Assembly (NCBI GenBank): GCA_049421025.1
Contig: JBMSMG010000001.1
Location: 1-61,488 of the forward strand
DNA from: Prochlorococcaceae cyanobacterium
GTDB taxonomy: Bacteria > Cyanobacteriota > Cyanobacteriia > PCC-6307 > Cyanobiaceae
Direction: 5' to 3'
DNA: 61,488 nucleotides
Shown here: in pieces, positions 41,683 through 52,300 of the stretch
How the letters are laid out: every line of letters begins with the position of its first letter
How positions within the stretch are numbered: the stretch's first letter is position 1
The notes under the pieces: model-generated
Databases searched by the model: none
The model's input: the letters and a program-made list of their open reading frames with translations, nothing else
What the model was told of the DNA's origin: nothing
Program-made: the position numbers and the translations under genes

Positions 41683-42147
41683 TTAAGCAGGACGGTTCTC
41701 CCAGATCTTGGCGACGATCTGCATACCGCTGACCGCCTGCCACAGAAACAGGGTCATCAAGCCCATGTTCAAGCCCACATGCACCTTGCGGGCGATCAGA
41801 TTGCCCTGCTGAATCATCGGAATCAACGCCACCGCCAGGGCCAGCAGGCAGGTCATGCCGATGCCCACCAGCAAATGGGGCCCCACGAACAGCTTGCCGT
41901 TGTTGAGGTAGGTCACGGCCATACCGCCGAAAGTGCCGAGCACCATCAAGGCCAGCATCAGAGCGCCCACCTGAAAGTGACGCTTGGCGTAGTTGCCCTT
42001 GATCAGGGTCTTGCGGGTCTCGGCGTCGGCGGTGCGGGTCTTCTTGGCCTTGATGCCAAGCCACATGCCATAGCTCGAGAGGGCCAGCAGCGCCCACATC
42101 ATCAACGGGTGGATGAAGTTGAGGTTGTAGGCGAGGCTCTCGGACAT
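41683..42147 (-). CDS. membrane protein (DUF4079-like, tentative)
   Basis: From ATG(42147): MSESLAYNLNFIHPLMMWALLALSSYGMWLGIKAKK... with four TM helices. The track start at 42159 is a TTG. Confidence 0.55.
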   Translation of the reverse strand: MSESLAYNLNFIHPLMMWALLALSSYGMWLGIKAKKTRTADAETRKTLIKGNYAKRHFQVGALMLALMVLGTFGGMAVTYLNNGKLFVGPHLLVGIGMTCLLALAVALIPMIQQGNLIARKVHVGLNMGLMTLFLWQAVSGMQIVAKIWENRPA

Positions 42148-42222
42148 GACGAGGTGCAAGCAGTGCGGCTGAACCTAGCTACCAGAGGGGAGCTGGCTGC
42201 AAGCGCAACAAGCCAAGCCGCC

Positions 42223-43788
42223 TCAATGCAGGAAGTGGCGGCGGCCCGTGACCACCATCGCCACGCCCAGCTCATTGCAGGCAGCGATCGATTCGCCGTC
42301 GCGCACACTGCCGCCGGGCTGAATCACCGCAGCAATGCCGCAGCGCGCCGCCAGCCGCACGGTGTCATCAAACGGGAAGAAGCCGTCACTGGCCAACACA
42401 GCACCGCGGGCGCGATCGCCGGCGGCATCGAGCGCCAGCCGCGCTGAGCCGACACGGTTCATCTGACCTGCACCGATGCCGAGGCTCTGCCCCCCCTGGG
42501 CCACTGCGATGGCGTTGGAGCGCACATGCCGCACCAGCCGCCAGGCAAAGCGCAGATCGTCGAACTCAGCGGCGCTCGGCTGGCGGTTGGTCACCACCTG
42601 CCAGTCAGCCTCACTGACCGGCTCATCGTCGAGCTGCTGGGCCAGCACGCCCCCCAGCACACTGCGCAGATGCTGACGCGAGGCCCGCTCGATCGCCTTA
42701 GCGTCCAGCTCCAGCAACCTCAGGTTGGCCTTGGCCGCCAGGTGCTCACGCGCCTCAGGGGCAAAACCGGGCGCCACCACGCACTCCAGAAACAGGCTGG
42801 TGAGCTGCTCGGCCGCCACCAGATCCACCGGTGCGTTCAGTGCCACGATGCCGCCGAACGCCGAGACGCGGTCGCCGTCGAGCGCGCGGGTGAGCGCTTC
42901 AGCGCAGCTTGCCCCGGTGGCCAGACCGCAGGGATTGGTGTGTTTGACCACCGCCGCGGCGCACTGAAACCGCTCGCTGCCGGGCCCCTGACTGCCGTAG
43001 CCGAACTCGCGCACCGTGGCCAGTGCCGCATCGAGATCGATCAGGTTGTTGTAGCTGAGTTCTTTGCCCTGCAGCTGCTGGGCCCCGCCCCAACCGGAAC
43101 TGCTCTGGCTAAACCAGGTGGCGCTCTGATGCGGGTTCTCGCCGTAGCGCAGGCTCTGCTGCGCCGGCAAAGCCAACTGCAACGGCTCTGCCGGCGCTGC
43201 ATCGCTGCTCAGACGCGAGGCGATCCAAGCGCTGATCGCCGCGTCGTAGCTGGCGGTGTGCTCAAAGGCGGCCAAGGCCAGCTGGCGGCGTAACGCGGGA
43301 GTCACCGCACCAGCCGCCAGGGCCTCGAGGAAGGCGGGGTACTGAGCCGGGCTGGTGAGCACAGCCACATCGGCATGGTTCTTGGCTGCAGCCCGCACCA
43401 TCGCCGGGCCGCCAATGTCGATGTTTTCGATCGCCGTATCCCAACTCACCGCCGGATCGGCAACGGTCTGGCGGAAGGGATAGAGGTTGACCACCACCAC
43501 ATCGATGGGATCAATGCCCTGCGCCGCCAGGTCAGCCTGGTGAGCAGCATCGTCGCGCTTGGCCAGGATGCCGCCATGAATGCGGGGGTGGAGGGTCTTG
43601 ACCCGGCCGCCAAGAATCTCAGGAGCGCCGGTGTGCTCAGCCACCTTGGTCACGGCAACACCTGCAGCCTGCAGCGACGCCGCTGTGCCGCCACTCGAGA
43701 GAATCCGGTAACCCGCGGCCACCAGGCCCTGCGCCAGGGGCACCAGGCCCTCTTTGTTGGACACACTCAACAGGGCCGTAGGAGCCAT
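42223..43788 (-). CDS. purH: bifunctional AICAR transformylase / IMP cyclohydrolase
   Basis: From ATG(43788): [22 protein letters not shown]...SSGGTA...[29 protein letters not shown]...; C-terminal ...GGSVRD...[11 protein letters not shown]. The 150-codon track extension is Ser/Pro/Cys-rich noise. Confidence 0.95.
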   Translation of the reverse strand: MAPTALLSVSNKEGLVPLAQGLVAAGYRILSSGGTAASLQAAGVAVTKVAEHTGAPEILGGRVKTLHPRIHGGILAKRDDAAHQADLAAQGIDPIDVVVVNLYPFRQTVADPAVSWDTAIENIDIGGPAMVRAAAKNHADVAVLTSPAQYPAFLEALAAGAVTPALRRQLALAAFEHTASYDAAISAWIASRLSSDAAPAEPLQLALPAQQSLRYGENPHQSATWFSQSSSGWGGAQQLQGKELSYNNLIDLDAALATVREFGYGSQGPGSERFQCAAAVVKHTNPCGLATGASCAEALTRALDGDRVSAFGGIVALNAPVDLVAAEQLTSLFLECVVAPGFAPEAREHLAAKANLRLLELDAKAIERASRQHLRSVLGGVLAQQLDDEPVSEADWQVVTNRQPSAAEFDDLRFAWRLVRHVRSNAIAVAQGGQSLGIGAGQMNRVGSARLALDAAGDRARGAVLASDGFFPFDDTVRLAARCGIAAVIQPGGSVRDGESIAACNELGVAMVVTGRRHFLH

Positions 43789-43879
43789 CGCAGCTGCAAA
43801 GGGGTCAGCCAGACAACCTACGCAGCGGTGCGCACGCAGCATGGCCGTGGCAACGTGAATCCCAGCGGCGCTACCAGCG

Positions 43880-44524
43880 ATGGACCCGATCACTCCTGCT
43901 GTGGGCGAGGCCTTCTGGAGTGGTCCAGAGCAGGCCAGCCGCAGGCTGGTGCTTCTGCATGGCTGGGGCGCCGACGCCGACGACCTGCTCGAGCTGGGCG
44001 AGCTGCTGGCCGGCCCCGAGGTGCAGGTGGTGGCGCTGCGCGCTCCTGGTTTGCACCCGGCAGGCATGGGACGCCAGTGGTACGACCTGCAGCAGCCGCT
44101 CTGGCCAGAGCTACCAGCGGCCTTGAGCGATCTGCGCACGCGGCTTGGAGCGCTCTGCCAGAGCGTTCCGCTGGCGCAAACGGTTTTGCTCGGCTTTTCG
44201 CAAGGGGCGGCGTTGGCGCTCGATGTGAGCTGCGGCAACGGCGAGCACGAGGCCCTGCCGCTAGCCGGCGTGATCGCCTGCAGCGGCTACCCGCATCCAA
44301 GCTGGCAAAGCGGGGCTTACAGGCCGCAAGCGCAGGATTTGGCCGTGCTGTTGACCCACGGCGAGCAGGATCCGGTGGTTCCCCACGGCGCGAGTGTCGA
44401 ATTGGAGCGGTTGCTGAAGCTGGGCGGCGCCCAGGTGGAGTTGCTCAGCTTCAGCGGCGGTCACACGATCGACCCTGATCTGTTTGGGCCCATGCGCAGC
44501 TTCATGGCGCGTTGCTGGGCTTAA
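43880..44524 (+). CDS. alpha/beta-hydrolase, phospholipase/carboxylesterase family
   Basis: [14 protein letters not shown], the nucleophile elbow GFSQGAA and ...[10 protein letters not shown]... give the serine-hydrolase triad layout. Confidence 0.75.
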   Translation: MDPITPAVGEAFWSGPEQASRRLVLLHGWGADADDLLELGELLAGPEVQVVALRAPGLHPAGMGRQWYDLQQPLWPELPAALSDLRTRLGALCQSVPLAQTVLLGFSQGAALALDVSCGNGEHEALPLAGVIACSGYPHPSWQSGAYRPQAQDLAVLLTHGEQDPVVPHGASVELERLLKLGGAQVELLSFSGGHTIDPDLFGPMRSFMARCWA

Positions 44525-44530
44525 GCACGA

Positions 44531-44902
44531 TCAGACGAAGGCGTATTCGTACTCCTCCATCTCCTCCCAATCATCGGCAGCCAGAGCTTCGATGCCCTCA
44601 AACAGCACCTCTTCGCCGATGCGATCGACGATCAATCGCAGCGACGGGAACAGGAAATGATTTTCTTCGGCGTACTGCGCACTGAACAGACCCTTTTCAC
44701 CCCAGAAGAAGCGATCGGTGGTGTGCTCATTACGGCGCACATTGAGGATCGCCGGAGGCACGAGGGTTTGCTCAGCGATGTAGCGGCGGGCAGCCGTCAC
44801 CGGCTTGTGTGAGCCGGTCTCAAGATTGAAGGTGGGAACGTGAGCCAGAACCCGCTGGCCGGCGAGCCGGCGGCGGCTGATCCGCTTGCGCTTCTTGGAC
44901 AT
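44531..44902 (-). CDS. hypothetical protein with polybasic N-terminus and acidic C-terminus (123 aa)
   Basis: From ATG(44902): MSKKRKRISRRRLAGQRVLAHVPTFNLETG...FWGEKGLFSAQYAEENHFLFPSLRLIVDRIGEEVLFEGIEALAADDWEEMEEYEYAFV. Lower GC than its neighbours. No motif recognised. Confidence 0.5.
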   Translation of the reverse strand: MSKKRKRISRRRLAGQRVLAHVPTFNLETGSHKPVTAARRYIAEQTLVPPAILNVRRNEHTTDRFFWGEKGLFSAQYAEENHFLFPSLRLIVDRIGEEVLFEGIEALAADDWEEMEEYEYAFV

Positions 44903-45307
44903 GAATCGGAAGAAGGGAGGGTGAACGTGTGATGACGGCGCAACCCGAAGGCGCAACACAGTCCTTGCGGCTGGCTCCTGCCGGCGCACCGGGAGAGCAA
45001 CAGCGACGCCCAACCATCTGTCGTGCGAAGCAACGGCAACCGGTCAATCGGCAACGCTTCAGCGGAAACCTGATCCCCAACGAACAGGCGATCTGGAGGG
45101 ATCAACGTTGACCCCTTGACTCCGCTGTAGCTCGGCTGCGGGAAAACCGCAACGACAACATCAAAGATGCCGCCCCGACTGCGACTTGCCGTCTGCTTGC
45201 AGACTGCGAAGTATTGGTCGATGAATCGAGCTTAAGACTTTTTTCTGAATTTCGAACACACGGGGCAGATTTTTGTTCTGGCCCCTCAAGCAGGCCGCTG
45301 AACCGCC

Positions 45308-46447
45308 TTGCTGCAGCATGCGTCTGTGACCGTGCACGTCTCCGAACGCTTTCTCAATCTGCTGCGCTTCCAGCTGGCTCAGTTCGCCGATCGAAGCGAT
45401 CTGAGCTCGCTGGTGGTGTATGTGGCCCAAGCTGGCGACTCCGAATCGCCGGCCCTGATTCCTGTGGGCCAGTGGCCTAGCCATGGCAGCACTCTGGCCC
45501 CGATTGCCAGCGGCAGCCCCCTGCTGCAACCCGCCGACGAGAGGCGCTGGCTGCCGTTGCGCCACAACCAGATGCTGCTCGGAGCCCTGCAGGTGCAGAC
45601 GCAGCAGTGGCCCTGGCCAGAGCCCCTGGCCCAGCGGCTGCAGGCGGTGGCGCTGTGCCTGACCGAAGCGCTGCTGCAAGACCTCGAGCAACAGCGCCTC
45701 GAGCAACAACTGCTTCGCCAGGGCGAGCAACTGGAGGTGCTGGTGCACCAATTGCGCAACCCGCTCACGGCCCTGCGCACCTTTGGCCAGCTGCTGCTCA
45801 GGCGCCTCGACGACGACAGTCAAAACAGACCACTGGTCGAGGGGTTGCTCGCCGAAGAGCGGCAGCTCAACCGTTATGTCGATGCGCTGAGCGAACTGGG
45901 CACCCTGCCCCCGCAGGCGCTGCCTGAGGCCACACCTCAGCCACTGCTACTGCCGCCGCACCTCAATGGGCCGCAGGGCGAATTGCTCGCCGAGCGGCTC
46001 GAGCCGCTGCTCAGCCGTGCCGCCGCCACTGCTTCTCTGCAGCAGCGGAGCTGGACGCCGCCCAAGGCACTGCCCAGCTGGCGCGGCGACAGCGGCGCGG
46101 TGGCCGAAATCATCGCCAATCTGCTCGAGAACGCCTTTCGCTACAGCGGTGAGGGCACTCCGATCGGGCTGCACGCGCACGAGGCAGCAGACGACGCACT
46201 TGTGCTGTGCGTCTGGGACGGCGGCACAGAAATCGATGCCGCCGAGCGCGAGCGCATCTTTGAGCGGGGCCAGCGCGGTGCACGGGGCCAGCAGGTCCCC
46301 GGTACTGGCCTGGGCCTGGCGCTGGCCCGCGAACTGGCGCGCGAGCTGGGCGGCGACCTCAAGCTGGTGATTCCACCGGCGCAGGTCGATCCACAACTCA
46401 GTGGCCGCGGCAACGCCTTTTGCCTCACCGTGCCGCCAGCGCGCTAA
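45308..46447 (+). CDS. sensor histidine kinase (GAF-like N-domain + HisKA + HATPase_c), cytoplasmic
   Basis: H-box LVHQLRNPLTALRTFGQLL; N/G boxes IIANLLENAFRYS and GTGLGLALARELARELGG. There are no TM helices. The TTG start is uncertain. Confidence 0.8.
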   Translation: MLQHASVTVHVSERFLNLLRFQLAQFADRSDLSSLVVYVAQAGDSESPALIPVGQWPSHGSTLAPIASGSPLLQPADERRWLPLRHNQMLLGALQVQTQQWPWPEPLAQRLQAVALCLTEALLQDLEQQRLEQQLLRQGEQLEVLVHQLRNPLTALRTFGQLLLRRLDDDSQNRPLVEGLLAEERQLNRYVDALSELGTLPPQALPEATPQPLLLPPHLNGPQGELLAERLEPLLSRAAATASLQQRSWTPPKALPSWRGDSGAVAEIIANLLENAFRYSGEGTPIGLHAHEAADDALVLCVWDGGTEIDAAERERIFERGQRGARGQQVPGTGLGLALARELARELGGDLKLVIPPAQVDPQLSGRGNAFCLTVPPAR

Positions 46448-47234
46448 ACAGCACCCCGCACAGCAGCAAGGCCAGCGCTTCGCTCCATTCGACGCAGGCG
46501 CCATAGCTATCGCCGCTGTGCCCGCCCAGGCGCCGGCCCAACCAGAACGGCAAACACACAGCTGGCAGGGCCGGCAGCAGCAGCGCGGTCCACCAGCTGG
46601 CGCCAGGCATGACTCCCAACGCCAATGGCACGGCGCCAAGCAGCGCCAGCAACACTGCTGACGGCAACAGCTCACGGCGCAAAGGCCGCAGGCCCTGGCG
46701 ATGGAAGCCGGCTGTGCCCCCGGCGCGCAAATAGGGGAAATGCGCCATCGCCAGCAATGGACTGATGCGCCCCCAGATCGCCACCAGCACCAGCGTCCCA
46801 GCGACAAGAGCAGGGCCCGTTGCCGCAGCCAGCGCCACCAGGCCGCCAGCGCGCAGCAGCAGCAGCAGGGCAAAGGCCTGCACCCCAGCCGCACCGGCGC
46901 GGCTGTCATCCATGGCATCGAGGGCCCTGGAGCCTGCCGCCAGGCCGTCGGCTGTATCAATCACGCCATCGGCATGGAGGCCGCCCGTGAGCCACAGGCC
47001 CAAGGCGATGACCAGAGCGATCTGGGCCAGCGGCGGCAACCAGCCATGGCTCAGCCACCACAGCACCCCTTGCAGCGCTCCAATGACCAGGCCGATCCAA
47101 GGAGCAAAGCGAGCGATGCGCTCAAAGCTGGGGGTGATCCCCGGCCAGGCCGGCAGCACGCTGTAAAAGACCCAAGCCCCCGCCAGATCACGCAGCCAAC
47201 CGCTCTGGCGCCGTCCGCCATTTGGATCAGCCAT
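46425..47234 (-). CDS. cobS: adenosylcobinamide-GDP ribazoletransferase (cobalamin synthase)
   Basis: From ATG(47234): ...WVFYSVLPAWPG...FAPWIGLVIGAL...LTGGLHADGVIDTADGL...MDDSRAGAAG... are CobS blocks, and the protein is polytopic. The 3' end overlaps the kinase gene by 23 nt. Confidence 0.8.
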   Translation of the reverse strand: MADPNGGRRQSGWLRDLAGAWVFYSVLPAWPGITPSFERIARFAPWIGLVIGALQGVLWWLSHGWLPPLAQIALVIALGLWLTGGLHADGVIDTADGLAAGSRALDAMDDSRAGAAGVQAFALLLLLRAGGLVALAAATGPALVAGTLVLVAIWGRISPLLAMAHFPYLRAGGTAGFHRQGLRPLRRELLPSAVLLALLGAVPLALGVMPGASWWTALLLPALPAVCLPFWLGRRLGGHSGDSYGACVEWSEALALLLCGVLFSALAAR

Positions 47235-47309
47235 GGTCTGCAATGAGGGCGGACTCCTAGCGTCGCCGTAGAGCCAGCCGGTTGCCAACACCCCTGGCCA
47301 CACCCAGCG

Positions 47310-48431
47310 TTGACCTTCGGCTTTGCGATCACGGCCCGCTGCCCCCACACGCGGGCGCGCTGCGGCGCCTTCAGCACCCCCCATGGTGTGGTGCAGACCC
47401 CGCGCTTCATGCCGGTGGGCACAGCTGCCACGGTCAAGGGGCTGAGCACAACGCAGCTGGCCGAGACCGGCGCCCAGATGGTGCTGGCCAACACCTTTCA
47501 TCTGCATCTGCAGCCCGGTGAAGACGTTGTCGCCGAAGCGGGCGGGCTGCACCGCTTCATGGGCTGGAGTGGGCCGCTGCTGACCGACTCGGGCGGCTTT
47601 CAGGTGTTCAGCCTTGGGGCGATCAACCGCATCAACGATGACGGTGTGGTGTTTCGCTCACCACGCGATGGCAGCCGCATCGAGCTGACGCCCGAACGCG
47701 CCATGGCCATTCAGATGGCCCTTGGGGCCGATGTGGCGATGGCCTTTGACCAGTGCCCGCCCTACCCCGCCACAGAAAGCGAGGTCGAGGCCGCCTGCCG
47801 GCGCACCCACCACTGGCTAGAGCGCTGCGCCAGCTGCCACAGCAAAGCCGAGCAGGCGCTGTTCGGCATCGTGCAGGGTGGCTGCTACGCGCACCTGCGG
47901 GCCGAGTCGGCCCGGGTGGTGGCCGCCATGGACCTGCCCGGCATCGCCGTGGGCGGGGTGAGCGTGGGCGAACCGGCCGAAGACATGCATCGCATCGTGC
48001 GCCAGTTGGGGCCGCTGCTGCCTGAGGCCAAACCCCATTACCTGATGGGGGTAGGCAGCCTGCGCGAGATGGCGATCGCCGTGGCCAACGGCTTTGACCT
48101 GTTTGATTGCGTGCTGCCGACGCGCCTGGGGCGCCATGGCACGGCGCTGGTAGGCGGCGAGCGCTGGAACCTGCGCAATGCCCGCTTCAAACGCGACCAC
48201 ACGCCGCTCGATCGCAGCTGTTCGTGCCTGGCCTGCCGCCAGCACAGCCGCGCCTACCTGCATCACCTGATCAGAGCCGAGGAGATGTTGGGGCGCACGC
48301 TGCTGAGCCTGCACAACATCACCACGCTGGTGCGCTTCACCACTGCGATGGCACGCGCCATCAGCGAGGGGTGTTTTTCAGAGGATTTCGCTCCCTGGGA
48401 TCCGGCCTCTGAGGCCGCCCACACGTGGTAG
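47310..48431 (+). CDS. tgt: queuine tRNA-ribosyltransferase
   Basis: ...[22 protein letters not shown]..., [19 protein letters not shown] and the Zn site [17 protein letters not shown]. Confidence 0.93.
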   Translation: MTFGFAITARCPHTRARCGAFSTPHGVVQTPRFMPVGTAATVKGLSTTQLAETGAQMVLANTFHLHLQPGEDVVAEAGGLHRFMGWSGPLLTDSGGFQVFSLGAINRINDDGVVFRSPRDGSRIELTPERAMAIQMALGADVAMAFDQCPPYPATESEVEAACRRTHHWLERCASCHSKAEQALFGIVQGGCYAHLRAESARVVAAMDLPGIAVGGVSVGEPAEDMHRIVRQLGPLLPEAKPHYLMGVGSLREMAIAVANGFDLFDCVLPTRLGRHGTALVGGERWNLRNARFKRDHTPLDRSCSCLACRQHSRAYLHHLIRAEEMLGRTLLSLHNITTLVRFTTAMARAISEGCFSEDFAPWDPASEAAHTW

Positions 48432-48463
48432 CGTCCGGCTCACGCAACCCTTGGACATTGGGG

Positions 48464-48607
48464 ATGGCTCTTTACGCCCTGCAGACCCTGGCCCAATTGC
48501 CCGAGGCCTACCAGGCCTTCGGCCCGCTGGTCGACATCCTGCCGATCATCCCGCTGTTCTTTTTGCTGCTGGCTTTTGTGTGGCAGGCTTCGGTCGGCTT
48601 CCGCTGA
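48464..48607 (+). CDS. psbK: photosystem II reaction-centre protein K
   Basis: From ATG(48464): [47 protein letters not shown]; the LPEAY..F.PLVD.LP.IP..F..LAFVWQA.VGFR signature is present. Confidence 0.92.
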   Translation: MALYALQTLAQLPEAYQAFGPLVDILPIIPLFFLLLAFVWQASVGFR

Positions 48608-48625
48608 GCCAACTGATAACGCGCG

Positions 48626-49351
48626 TCAACCGCCCCTCAGCACCGCCCAGGCAAAAGCTGGCAGGGCCAGCATGCGGCGCCAGCGATGCGGCTCTTGCAA
48701 CAGCCGGTAAAGCCATTCGATTTGCAGGGTCCCCATCCAACGGGGAGCCCGTTGTTTGACGCCCGCCCAGACGTCAAAACTGCCGCCCACGCCCATCCAC
48801 AGGCCACTGCGGCGCGGGCCAAGGCCAGCGATCCAGGTTTCCTGGCGCGGCACCCCCAGGGCCACCAGCACCAGATCGGGCCTGGCCACAAGCAGCTGGC
48901 GCTCGAGCTCGGGCCAGGCGTCGCTGCGCTGGTAGCCATGGGCGTGAAACACCACCTGCAGGCGCGGCAATTGCTGCTTGAGCCGCTGCACGAGCGTCTC
49001 CATCACGGCAGGAGAAGCACCCACAAGCGCCACGCGCCAGCCCAACTGCTGCGCAGTCTCAAGCAGTGACCAGGCCAGCTCAATGCCGGGGCTGCGGCGC
49101 ACCCGCAGACGCTGACGCCCTAGGGCCCAGACCACTCCCGATCCATCGGGGATAACCAGGCCAGCCGCCTCAATGGCCGCACCCAACGCTGGATCAGCCA
49201 GCGCTGCCATGGTCATTTCGGCGTTGAGGGTGACGATCTGGCCGCCGCCGCTACGGCTTAACGCCAACGCCGCCGCCTGCACATCGGCGCAGACATCAAC
49301 CGGGACCCCCAGCACCCGGGTTCGCAGCGATTCTGTGGCGGTTGTTGCCAT
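48626..49351 (-). CDS. WecB/TagA/CpsF-family glycosyltransferase
   Basis: VLGVPVDV..., ...IVTLNAEM..., ...LVIPDGSGVVWA..., ...GVPRQE.W... are family blocks. 241 aa. Confidence 0.8.
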   Translation of the reverse strand: MATTATESLRTRVLGVPVDVCADVQAAALALSRSGGGQIVTLNAEMTMAALADPALGAAIEAAGLVIPDGSGVVWALGRQRLRVRRSPGIELAWSLLETAQQLGWRVALVGASPAVMETLVQRLKQQLPRLQVVFHAHGYQRSDAWPELERQLLVARPDLVLVALGVPRQETWIAGLGPRRSGLWMGVGGSFDVWAGVKQRAPRWMGTLQIEWLYRLLQEPHRWRRMLALPAFAWAVLRGG

Positions 49352-49378
49352 TGGGGGGCCGGCGGGCAGAGAGAATCT

Positions 49379-52300
49379 ATGGCTGTCCCGCTCACAGCCA
49401 TGCCGCCGACTTCAGGGACAGCCCATGCCAGCGACCGCGCCGCAGCGCAGCGCAGTCCAGGCCCTCTGGTGATCGATGCGGCTGGCGGCAGCCAACGGTT
49501 GAGCGAATCGGAAAGCTGGCAACTCCTTGCCGCCATCGACGCGCAGATCGAGCAGGTGGTGCTCGCGCGCCAGCACCCCATCACCGGCCTCTTGCCTGCC
49601 AGCACAGCCAACACCGTGCATGGCAACTACGGCGATGCCTGGGTGCGCGACTGCGTGTATTCGATCCAGTGCGTCTGGGGTCTGGCCCTAGCCCATCGCC
49701 GCATCGACGGAACCAGCACGCGCGCCTTCGAGCTCGAGCAGCGGGTGGTGCAGCTGATGCGCGGCCTGCTGAACGCCATGCTGCGCCAGTCCCACAAGGT
49801 GGAGCGTTTCAAACACAGCCTGAACAGGCTGGATGCGATCCACGCCAAGTTCGACACCGGCAGCGGCGAGCCCGTTGTTCCTGACGACGGCTGGGGGCAC
49901 CTGCAACTCGATGCCACTGCCCTGTACCTGCTGCAGCTGGCCCAGCTGACCCGCAGCGGCCTGGTGGTGATCCAGAGCAGCCACGAGCGCGATTTCATCC
50001 AGAACCTTGTGTATTACGTGGCCCGGGCCTACCGGGTCGCCGATTACGGCATCTGGGAGCGGGGCGACAAAGGCAACCACGGCCTGCCTGAGCGCAACGC
50101 CAGCTCGATTGGACTGGTCAAGGCCGCGCTCGAAGCGCTCGAGGGTCTTGATCTCTATGGCCCCCACGGCGATGGCCGGGCCACCTTGGTGGTTCCCCAC
50201 GATGCGATCGTGCGGCTCAGGCGAGCCCTGCGCGGCCTGCTGCCGCGCGAATCGGCCAGCAAAGAGGTCGATTCGGCCTGCTTGGCGGTGATCGGCTATC
50301 CCGCCTGGGCTGTCGAAAACCCGCAGCTGATCGAGCGCACCCGCAGCACGATCCGCAGCGAGCTGGGCGGCGCCTACGGCTACAAGCGCTTCAAACGCGA
50401 CGGGCACCAGACCGTCGTCGAAGACCACACCCGGCTGCACTACGAACGCGAGGAGCTGGCCCAGTTCGAGCACATCGAATGCGAATGGCCCTTGTTCTGG
50501 GCCTACGAGCTGATCACCGCCTGCTGCGAAGAGCGCTGGGCCGAGGCGCGCCAGTGGCGCCAGCGGCTGGCGGGGGTCAGTGTGCTCGCAGGCGGCACAG
50601 CGCTGCTGCCTGAGCTGTACCGGGTCCCGCAGCAAGCGATCGAGGCCGAGCGGCGCCAGCCCGGCAGCCAGCCGCGCGAGGCCAATGAGAACGTGCCCCT
50701 GCTGTGGACCCAGAGCCTGACCTGGCTAGCCGATCTGCTGCTAGCCGGGCTCATTACCCCAGAGGATCTGGACCCCAGCGGCAGGCGCAACACCATCAGC
50801 CTGGGGGCCGATCAGGTGCTGGTGGCCTTGGTGCCGGCCAACGCCAGCATCGCCGCGGCCCTTGAGCAAGCAGGGCTACCGACGGCAGGCACGGCGCTGT
50901 CGGTGGCCAGCTCGGCTGAGCTGGCCCAACGCATGGCGCGGGTGGGCGCCAATGGCCGGCTGGGGCTGAGTGGACATCCGCCAGTGCGCATGGAGACCAT
51001 GGCTACCGCCCGGCTGTACTGCAGCGAAGGCGGCCAGCAGCGCTGGGCCTTCCTGCCGGCGGTGCTCGAAGAGAGCACCTTTTACCTGGCTGACGATGCC
51101 GAGCAACTGATCGACACGGTGGGCGCCGAGGTGCGGTTGCTGCAGCGGCACTGGCGCGGGCCGGGAGCGCCGCTGCTGCTGATCCCGATCGCAGCAGGAG
51201 CTTTCAAGACGGACCCTGACGCCTTTGTGCGGCTCGGCCAACAGCTGGCATCGGGTTGCTTTGACGGTGTTGCCGTGCAGTTGGCCAGCCTGGCCGAGCT
51301 GCAGAGCCAGGCCTGCTGGCAGATCCTGCCGCGCGAGGCCTGCGGACCCATCGAAGGCCTCAGCGAAGCCATCACCACCTCACCCCTGCTGGCCAGCACC
51401 ACCAGCGCGCCACTGACGGCTGAGCAGGAGCTCGAACTCGAAGACAGCTCGACCTGCGATCTGCTCGATCGCCTCTGGCAAAGCACCTCGCTGAGCGAAC
51501 AGGCAGAGGTGCTTGAGCAGCTGGGCCTGCGGCTTGGGCTGGCGGCTCAGCTGCAGGGTCCACAAGCCGACAAATTGTTGCTGCACGATCTGCTGAGCGA
51601 GGTCTACCAGCGCGCCCTCAGCCAAGGCGAGTGGGGGGTCGTGCGGCGCATGGCAGCTGCCCTCGATCTGGTGCACCCCCAACTTGAAGATGCCCTGACC
51701 GACCTGCTGCTGCGCCAAAAACAGGTTGTTGTTGGCCGCAACTACACCCGCGACTCACGGATTGCAGAACCCCAAGGCAGCCGCACCATCGCCAGCATGA
51801 TTCGCCGCTTCAGCGGTGAGGACGGCCGCGAGTGGATGCTGCAGCAGGAGCTGCTGCTAGCCCTCGACAGCCTGGCGCGGCGTGAACCCGATCTGTTGAG
51901 CGGCAGCTTGACCCTGCAGCTGGGCCAGCTGCTGTTGCTGCTAACCGGTGAGCTAGCCGCAGAGCGCGAACTCAGCCCGATCGATGGCTTCGAGGCGCTG
52001 TGCAACCTGCCGCCGCACACCCTCAGGCGGCTGCTGCGCAGCATGCTGAGCGACCTGGAGCACGCGCGCGATGCCCTGCAGCGCAAGGAGCACCTCCATC
52101 TCAGCGGCCGGGTGCGCTGGAGCGCCACCGATCCCCTGGAGGAGCATCCCAAAGGGGGCTGCTGGCTGCAGCACCGCTCGCGGCTAGGCGCCATCGGCCG
52201 GGTGCCGCGCGATTTTTACCCCGGCATCTGGGAGCTGCTGCACCATTGCCGCGGCATCGTGATCGGCGACAAGCTCGACAAGCGCAACCGGCTCGAAAGC

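Noticed and set aside
43789-44238. 150-codon N-terminal extension of purH in the track. Analogous extensions occur for cinA (33607..34173), cobS (47235..47552), slt (13632..14015), the NIL-ferredoxin gene, glyA and others.
   Set aside because: The conserved N-termini of these families begin at internal ATGs (for example [14 protein letters not shown] for PurH). The extensions are Ser/Pro/Arg/Cys-rich and overlap neighbouring genes or tRNAs.
44905-44990. A glutamine-riboswitch-like start (CGTTCACCC on the minus strand, plus-strand 44919-44927) in the 5' region of the polybasic-protein gene.
   Set aside because: Only 18 nt separate it from the ATG. There is no room for the rest of the glnA-RNA fold, and I see no ACGGAAGUAGG-type element. 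It is probably a chance match.
45245-45262. A TTCGAAC T-loop-like string suggesting a tRNA.
   Set aside because: There are no flanking G/C T-stem, acceptor or anticodon arms, so it cannot be folded into a cloverleaf.
46425-46447. The 23-nt convergent overlap of the histidine kinase and cobS 3' ends as a regulatory feature.
   Set aside because: Short 3' overlaps are common in this compact GC-rich genome, and there is nothing else unusual at the site.
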